DNA of 64,000 nt. Origin: an uncultured Gemmatimonadaceae bacterium (lineage in GTDB: Bacteria > Gemmatimonadota > Gemmatimonadetes > Gemmatimonadales > Gemmatimonadaceae). The position numbers and the translations under genes are program-made. How positions within the stretch are numbered: position 1 is the stretch's first letter; every line of letters starts with the position of its first letter. Of this stretch, positions 57,965-64,000 are shown piece after piece. Location: NCBI GenBank assembly GCA_963781585.1, contig CAWAGQ010000008.1, positions 96,001 to 160,000 of the forward strand, written 5' to 3'. The notes beneath the pieces were generated by a model. That model saw only the letters and a program-made list of their open reading frames with translations. It was not told the DNA's origin and made no database searches.

Positions 57965-60421
57965 TCACGGCGCCCGAGTCCACAATACAATCGTCCCGCA
58001 CGCCGCCCCGGTCCCTCCAAACTGGATGGGCGTATTCGCCGGTCCCGGGTAGAGTTCGATCGCCTCGACGCCATTCGGTGCAAAGTCGTCGATATTGGGC
58101 GGCTTCACGAGCCCGCCCGGTTGAAAAATCACCGCTCCGTCCAGGTAGATCTGGAAATAGCACCGGTTCAAGCCATAGGAGCCGTCCGGAAGGGCCTCTG
58201 TCGACTGTCGATCGAGAGTCGACGCGAAAGCTGAGCGGGTGCTCTCGAGAAAGACCGTATTATCAGGCCGGCGCACGAGCTTTACCCCGGGCACCGAGCG
58301 CAGGATGTCGCTCAGGCGCGAGTGCTCGCGTGCGGCGAGTTGCGCCCGGGTGATGAAGTGTCCCCCGGCATTCATCGCGCGCCGCTCCTCGAACCCCCGC
58401 ATCTTCGCCGCCACGGCTGTTCCCGTCACCACCACGCCGGGCAGTTCGGTCACGTTGGGCGTCAGCACGAACTCGCGCACCGCGTCCGCCGGCTGCGGCA
58501 GCGTCACGCGCGCCAGCACCGGCCGGTAGCCCACCGCGCGCACCACCACCGTGTATGTCCCCCAGGGCAGCATCGCGAAGGCGAAGGCGCCGTCGGGCGC
58601 CGGCCGCGCCGCACGGGACATGCCGGGCAGCAGCACCTCCGCCGCCACGGCCGGCCGCATGGTAGAGTCTTGCCTCACGACTACCCGCCCTCGCAGCGTC
58701 GTCGCCTTCGCCGCCGCCGCGCTCAACGCCAGCTCCACCTCGACCGCGCTTGTGGTGTCGTCCGCGGCCACGGTGCGGTCCCCGATTGCCCCGCCCAGTT
58801 CCGCGTGCAGCCGCACGAGGTCCACCCGCGGCGGCCGGCAGAAGGTCACGATCCCGGCCTCGTCGGACTCGGTCTCGATGGTCGAGTCGCTCACTGACGC
58901 ACTCACCATCTCCGTTGCCGCCTGGACGGCGAGCCGCCGCCACGACAGCAACGTTCGCGCCCCGGGGACCGGAGCGTGCGTGAGTGAGTCGACGACGTAC
59001 CCGATAATGAGCTGGGGCCGCTCCCCGCGACCGGCCTCGGCACCGCAATAGCGTGCACGTAGCGTCGCCGCACTCGACACCGTCCAGTTGGCGACCGACT
59101 CGCTCCCCCGGGAGAGCACGACCTCCTGCTGCGCTCCGTGCGTACCGAAGCGCACGAGTCGCGGGTCGTCGGTGGCAAGGATGTAGCGCCCCGCCAAGAC
59201 ACTCCGGAGCCGGTACCGGCCCACGCTATCGGTCACCGCCTCGGCCACTCCGCGTGCCAGGCTGAGGTGCGCGCTCGACATGGGGACTCCGCGCAGACTG
59301 TCGAACGCCACCCCGGTCAGCGCCGGCAGGTCGGCCGGCGCCTCCCGGCCAGCGGCGAGCGCGGCCCACCCGCCCTCCTCACGGTAGCCGAGCAGACTGT
59401 CGCGGGCAGGCACGGTGAGCGCGCCGACGCGTGCCGCGCCCACGCGGCCCAGCCGCGGGAGCCGGATGTACCACTGGCCCACAATCCACTGGCCGTTAGG
59501 CAGGGCTACGAACTCCAGCCGCCCGCCGGCGCGCCCCGCCTCGTTGCGCATGGGCAGGTGCGTGTACGTGTAGTCCAGCCACCGCAGTTCCGCGCTCGGC
59601 TGCTCGACCCAGAGCACCCCGCTCACGTCGCTCACCGTGCGCCCGGGAGCCGGCTCGAAAGCAAGCCCGATCAGCGCGTCGGTCCCGGCGAGCTCCTTCA
59701 CGGCGAAGCAGTGGTCCTGCGTGAAGCGGTCCGACAGGAGGAGCCCCGCGTCGGGGGCGAAGAAGGTGAGCGTACCGTCCACGTCGTGGGCAAAGCCCAG
59801 GCGCGAGAGCTCCTCCGGCGAGGCGGTCGCGAACGGCATCCCTCCCGGAATTCCGTGCGAGGAGGTGGTCTCGGCGACCACGCGCAGCGCCTGGTCGAGG
59901 GTGCGCGTGTAGCGCAAGACCTGGATGGGGAGCCCCTGCGGCGCCGAGAGGACCGTGGCGTCGAGCGCCTTGCGCACTTCCGCCCACAGCCGGGCCGCCG
60001 CCGGGCCGGTCGCCGAATCAAGCCGGCAAGAACGGCGTGCGCGGACGTCCACCTTCTCGAGCGTGAGGGGGCGCGCGACGAGGGCGAGGCGCACCGCCAG
60101 GGGATCGGCCTCCACCACCAGGAGCGCGGAGCTGTCGGCCGCGTACCCAATGCGCTCGGCGCGGATCCGGACGCGGGCGCCTAACGTGGCATGCAGGGTG
60201 GCGCGCCCTTGTTCGTCGGTGAGTGCGGCAGCGGGGCGCGAGCCGTCGGCGAGCACCAGCGAGGCGATCGCGCCCACGAGCGGCGTGTCAGACGCCCGGT
60301 CCACCACCAGCACGCGAACGCTCTGCGCTAACAGGCCACAGCCCGGTAACCCAACCGTGAGGATGGAGGCGATGAGCCCACATACCGCGCGGCGCACTAC
60401 TCTGACTCGCTGCCGGCGCAT
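57965..60421 (-). CDS. Secreted multi-carboxypeptidase-regulatory-domain protein with C-terminal TonB-plug-like domain and no barrel
   Basis: FFAPDAGLLLSDRFTQDHCF; C-terminus GFEERR...ITRAQL...IYLDG...VEAIELYPG...CGTIVLWTR. Confidence 0.75.
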   Translation of the reverse strand: MRRQRVRVVRRAVCGLIASILTVGLPGCGLLAQSVRVLVVDRASDTPLVGAIASLVLADGSRPAAALTDEQGRATLHATLGARVRIRAERIGYAADSSALLVVEADPLAVRLALVARPLTLEKVDVRARRSCRLDSATGPAAARLWAEVRKALDATVLSAPQGLPIQVLRYTRTLDQALRVVAETTSSHGIPGGMPFATASPEELSRLGFAHDVDGTLTFFAPDAGLLLSDRFTQDHCFAVKELAGTDALIGLAFEPAPGRTVSDVSGVLWVEQPSAELRWLDYTYTHLPMRNEAGRAGGRLEFVALPNGQWIVGQWYIRLPRLGRVGAARVGALTVPARDSLLGYREEGGWAALAAGREAPADLPALTGVAFDSLRGVPMSSAHLSLARGVAEAVTDSVGRYRLRSVLAGRYILATDDPRLVRFGTHGAQQEVVLSRGSESVANWTVSSAATLRARYCGAEAGRGERPQLIIGYVVDSLTHAPVPGARTLLSWRRLAVQAATEMVSASVSDSTIETESDEAGIVTFCRPPRVDLVRLHAELGGAIGDRTVAADDTTSAVEVELALSAAAAKATTLRGRVVVRQDSTMRPAVAAEVLLPGMSRAARPAPDGAFAFAMLPWGTYTVVVRAVGYRPVLARVTLPQPADAVREFVLTPNVTELPGVVVTGTAVAAKMRGFEERRAMNAGGHFITRAQLAAREHSRLSDILRSVPGVKLVRRPDNTVFLESTRSAFASTLDRQSTEALPDGSYGLNRCYFQIYLDGAVIFQPGGLVKPPNIDDFAPNGVEAIELYPGPANTPIQFGGTGAACGTIVLWTRAP

Positions 60422-60927
60422 GGTGAATAGCCCTCCGTTCGACCGCCTAGCTGTCCTTCATCAGGGCGCCCTGCTCCCTGAAGTGTGCTTCTGACCCCGG
60501 CCACAGGCTTATGGCAATTCCTTGTAGCGCCGTGCTGGCTGGGTTCCGAACGGCGCCTTCCCCTCGAGGAACTCCGTAATCACATGCTCGAGCTCGGTCG
60601 AATCCGGAATGCTGCGGAACCACCAAGGCTGTCAACGGGAACCGCAACTGGTTGACACGGACCCTTGTTACCTCCTTGCGAATTGTGAGCCTTTCCATCA
60701 GTCGGCGCATTGCATGGGTGCACCTGGCGGTCAAGGCAGAAGGACAGGCGTATCTGAGGATGCTCCATTGTGAGTCACATCACGCTGCTGCGCCATGGAT
60801 CATTGATCTACGCCGACAGCACGATCCTTCAAAGCACCGCAGCTTGTCGCTCGGTGTGGTCGGCTAGCTGCTCGGGCCGACGCGTCCACTCCACAGCGGG
60901 CATTACGGAACTGGGCGCGTAGTCCGA

Positions 60928-61305
60928 CTACCCCCCACTCAGCGGATTGACCACCCGAAGGAACGGGAACTGATGGAAGTCGGTGTCGGCGGTGCGGACT
61001 TCGGAAAGTCCGTGCTCCAGCATCAACGCCGCGGTGTGCAGATCGTGCACGGGATTCCCCGCCAGCCGCGGATGCCGCCCCGCGAGCTCGCGCACGACGT
61101 CGGGATGACGCTCGGTTTCCGTGAGGATGCGACAGCCGGGGCTCGCCCGCACGGCTGATACCCATGACCAGGCCCGCTCGAGGGAGAGCGGCCGGTCGAA
61201 CACCGTGCGATGGGTACTGAGGCGGAGGAATTCGTAGATCACGCCCCAGGTGAGGAACCACAGGTCGTTGCCGCGTCGGTAACGCGCCTGCTGCTTCCGG
61301 GCTCT
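60928..61305 (-). pseudogene. N-terminally truncated VapC/PIN toxin
   Basis: WFLTWGVIYEFLRLSTH, GNPVHDLHTAALMLEHG and TADTDFHQF; the first acidic motif and an antitoxin gene are missing. Confidence 0.75.
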
Positions 61306-61309
61306 GTCG

Positions 61310-62221
61310 CTACTCCTCCATCGTCACCGCCTGGTGCCTGACCAACACCAGCATGCTCGCGCCGGCCACGATCGTCACCGCGCCGGCCACCGTCCACACG
61401 GTGAACCGCTCGCCGAAGAGCAGCACCGCCCACGCTACCGCGAACACGATCTGCAGATATCCAGTCGTAGTTGCCCGCGCGGTGCGCTCGATCTGCAGCC
61501 CGCGCGTCATGTACATCTGGGCCAGCTGCGTCGCACACCCCGCCCCGATCAAGAGCGCCCACTCCGCCACGCCGGGCATCCGCCAGTGCAATGCCACGAA
61601 CGGCAGCGCCATCGGGATCTGCACCAGCGGCAGGTAGAAGACCACCACCATGGGGTGCTCGACCTCGAGCCGGCGAATGGTGGCGTAGGCGGCGCCGCTG
61701 CAGGCCGCGCCCATGAGCGCGATCCCCGCCCAGGCCGGCGGAATGTCGCTCGAGGCGCCGCCGAACAGCAGCGCGGGCCGGGTGATGAGCAGCACCCCCA
61801 CCAGAGACGCCCCCAGTGCCAGCAGCTCGCGCGTTCCGACGTGCTCGTGATACCAGAGCGACGCCAGGATGATCGCGAACACCGGATTGGTGTACTGGAT
61901 CAGCGTTGCCTCGCCTAACGGGAGATGGGTGAGCGAGAAGATGAAGCAGGCCAGCGCCAGCGACCCCCAGATGCCCCGCAGGATCAGCAGCCGCCGCTGG
62001 ACGCCGAAGATCGCCCGTCCCCGCACCCCCCGGCGTCGCAGCACCAGGTAGCTCAGGCCGAGCGTCACCAGACCGCGATACAGGACGATGTCCATGCTCG
62101 GCACGGTCCGGCCGGCGAGCTTCACCAGCACACTCATCACGCTGAACCAGAACGCGCCGATCGCCATGAAGCGGATCCCCGACGGGACGTCGGCCACCGC
62201 GTGGGTGATGGTGCGCGTCAT
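61310..62221 (-). CDS. DMT/EamA family transporter
   Basis: GGAGG RBS; LPLGEATLIQYTNPVF; two EamA repeats. Confidence 0.88.
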   Translation of the reverse strand: MTRTITHAVADVPSGIRFMAIGAFWFSVMSVLVKLAGRTVPSMDIVLYRGLVTLGLSYLVLRRRGVRGRAIFGVQRRLLILRGIWGSLALACFIFSLTHLPLGEATLIQYTNPVFAIILASLWYHEHVGTRELLALGASLVGVLLITRPALLFGGASSDIPPAWAGIALMGAACSGAAYATIRRLEVEHPMVVVFYLPLVQIPMALPFVALHWRMPGVAEWALLIGAGCATQLAQMYMTRGLQIERTARATTTGYLQIVFAVAWAVLLFGERFTVWTVAGAVTIVAGASMLVLVRHQAVTMEE

Positions 62222-62439
62222 CGCCTCCAGCGGCGCCACCAGCAACGTTACGCGACCCACCACCGGCCGGTCGCGGCGCGCGCCGTCAGCGTCGCCGTCG
62301 GGGATGTCCGATGCAGGGTCAGTCATTCAGGCAGGCTTGGCTTCGCGCAACCGGTCATCGGCGCGAACAAGCCGGGGCTGGCCCGGGAACCACCGACCGC
62401 GTCGCATCCGCGCGCCCTTGCCGCCCCACGCAACCTTCG

Positions 62440-64000
62440 TCAGGCATTCGGCCGCTGCTCGCCCGCCTCAGCCGACGCGGCCATCACGCCGTTCGCCGGG
62501 GTCGGGGCCGCGCTCCGCAGCCGCGCCGCCGCGGTCTCCAGCGACCGCGGCTCACCCACCAGCACTACCTCGTCGCGCGGCTGCAGTCGGGTATCGTCAT
62601 CCACGTCGTAATGCACGACCCCGTCCCGGATGATCGCCACCGCACTCACCCCCGCCGGGCGGCGCAGCTCAAGCGCACCGAGCGATCCGCCCGCGGCCTG
62701 TGTGCCGGCGGCGACCGGCACCGTCTTCAGTTCCACGCGTGAGGCGAACGGTGACAGGAAGCCGTCCACCCTGGTGAAGTTGGTCCCCCGCTCGCGCAGC
62801 AGCTCGTAGTGATGGCGCCGGGCCTCTTCGGCCTGCTCGCGAATGCTGCTCTCGGGGATGCTGAACCGGCGCATCACGCGGGCGAAGATCTCGAGCGACG
62901 TCTCGAATTCCTCCGGCACCACCTCGTTCGCCCCAAGAGTGTACAGTTCCTCGATGTCGGCCACATACCGAGTGCGGGCCACGATGTGGACGCGCGGGTT
63001 GAGGTGCCGGGCCACCACGATCCCGCGCTTCTCGTCCTGGTGGGAGGCGATGGCGAACACCAGCACCCGTGCCCGGCGGATGCCCACCCGCTCCAGCATT
63101 TCACCCCGCGTGCCGTCGCCGAAGAAGATCGGCTCGCGGTCGAGGCGCGCCTGCCGCACCACCTGCCCGTTCGACTCGATCACCGCGTACGAGATCCCTG
63201 CGCTGCGCAGCGCTCGCGTCAGGTTCCGCCCGTTGAGCCCGTATCCGATGATCAGCACGTGGTCCTGCAGCGGACTGGCCGCCTGCACCTCCCGGGTGGC
63301 GAACTCCATGGTCGGCAGCCGCCGGAACGACAGCAGCCACTCGGCGATCGCGGGCGCGGCATCCACCAGGAACGGCGCGGCGAGCATGGTCACGACGGCG
63401 GCGCCGAGGAAGACCTGGTACTCCTCGCTCCCCATGAGGCCCAGCGTGAGGGCCACGGAGGCCAGGACGAACGAGAACTCGCCCACCTGCGCTACTCCCA
63501 GTCCGGCGATCAGCCCCACCCGCGACGACCGGCGCACGCCCCGCACGACGCCGTAGCCGGCGGCTGCCTTGAGCACCACCACGCCTGACGCCACTCCGGT
63601 CACCAGCAGTGCATGCGACGCGAAGAAGCGGACGTCGAGCAACATTCCCACCGATGTGAAGAAGATCCCGCTGAAGGTGTCGCGGAACGGAAGGACGTCG
63701 GACAGCGCCTGGAGGCCGTACTCCGACTCGGCGATGATCAGCCCCGCCAGGAACGCGCCGAGGGCGAGTGAAAGCCCGAACAGGGAGGTCAGGAACGCCG
63801 CGCCCAGTCCGATGCCGAGCACGCACAGCGTGAAGATCTCCTGATTGCGCAGCGTCGCCACGCGTTCCAGCGCCTTCGGGACCAGCACCCGGCCGGCCAG
63901 GACCATGCCGCCGGTGACGGCGATGGTCACCGCGACCGCCCGCACCACCGCGAACCAGCCCTGCTGGGTCCCGGCCAGGAGCGGGAGGAGCACCATCAGC
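62440..64000 (-). CDS. CPA2 (Kef-type) monovalent cation:proton antiporter with TrkA-N and TrkA-C domains, partial at window edge
   Basis: SLALGAFLAG, FFTSVGMLLD, AQVGEFSFVL, HVLIIGYGLNG and GANEVVPEEFETS. Confidence 0.92.
   Translation of the reverse strand, partial: LMVLLPLLAGTQQGWFAVVRAVAVTIAVTGGMVLAGRVLVPKALERVATLRNQEIFTLCVLGIGLGAAFLTSLFGLSLALGAFLAGLIIAESEYGLQALSDVLPFRDTFSGIFFTSVGMLLDVRFFASHALLVTGVASGVVVLKAAAGYGVVRGVRRSSRVGLIAGLGVAQVGEFSFVLASVALTLGLMGSEEYQVFLGAAVVTMLAAPFLVDAAPAIAEWLLSFRRLPTMEFATREVQAASPLQDHVLIIGYGLNGRNLTRALRSAGISYAVIESNGQVVRQARLDREPIFFGDGTRGEMLERVGIRRARVLVFAIASHQDEKRGIVVARHLNPRVHIVARTRYVADIEELYTLGANEVVPEEFETSLEIFARVMRRFSIPESSIREQAEEARRHHYELLRERGTNFTRVDGFLSPFASRVELKTVPVAAGTQAAGGSLGALELRRPAGVSAVAIIRDGVVHYDVDDDTRLQPRDEVVLVGEPRSLETAAARLRSAAPTPANGVMAASAEAGEQRPNA

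Overview
High-GC bacterial chromosomal window. The gene content points to Gemmatimonadota (inference): PadR plus duplicated MacB/FtsX permease pairs, carboxypeptidase-regulatory-domain proteins, beta-propeller lipoproteins, a kinase-TPR receptor, a SARP/BTAD-TPR receptor and Uma2 endonucleases. There are about 45 genes or gene remnants, mostly exported hydrolases/peptidases, transporters and envelope proteins. I recognised no rRNA, tRNA, CRISPR array or intact transposase. Main points: (1) A membrane-anchored SARP/BTAD activator converges on a 7-gene minus-strand envelope cluster: DUF11-like, CsgG-like, OmpA, 4xFn3, a secreted protein, a Tat-signal protein and a YkgJ Cys-cluster protein. The cluster's promoter carries four direct repeats spaced exactly 11 bp apart in front of a -10 box. 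(2) The non-palindromic octamer CGTTAGGC occurs at least 22 times, on both strands and mostly inside genes. (3) Four genes are broken by single +1 insertions, probably assembly errors, and there are several real-looking deletion remnants. (4) There are intergenic heptamer repeat tracts, RGG-rich insertions in exported proteins, and readable PadR, sigma54 and ECF-type promoters. All product calls come from motif recognition by eye; no database search was run.
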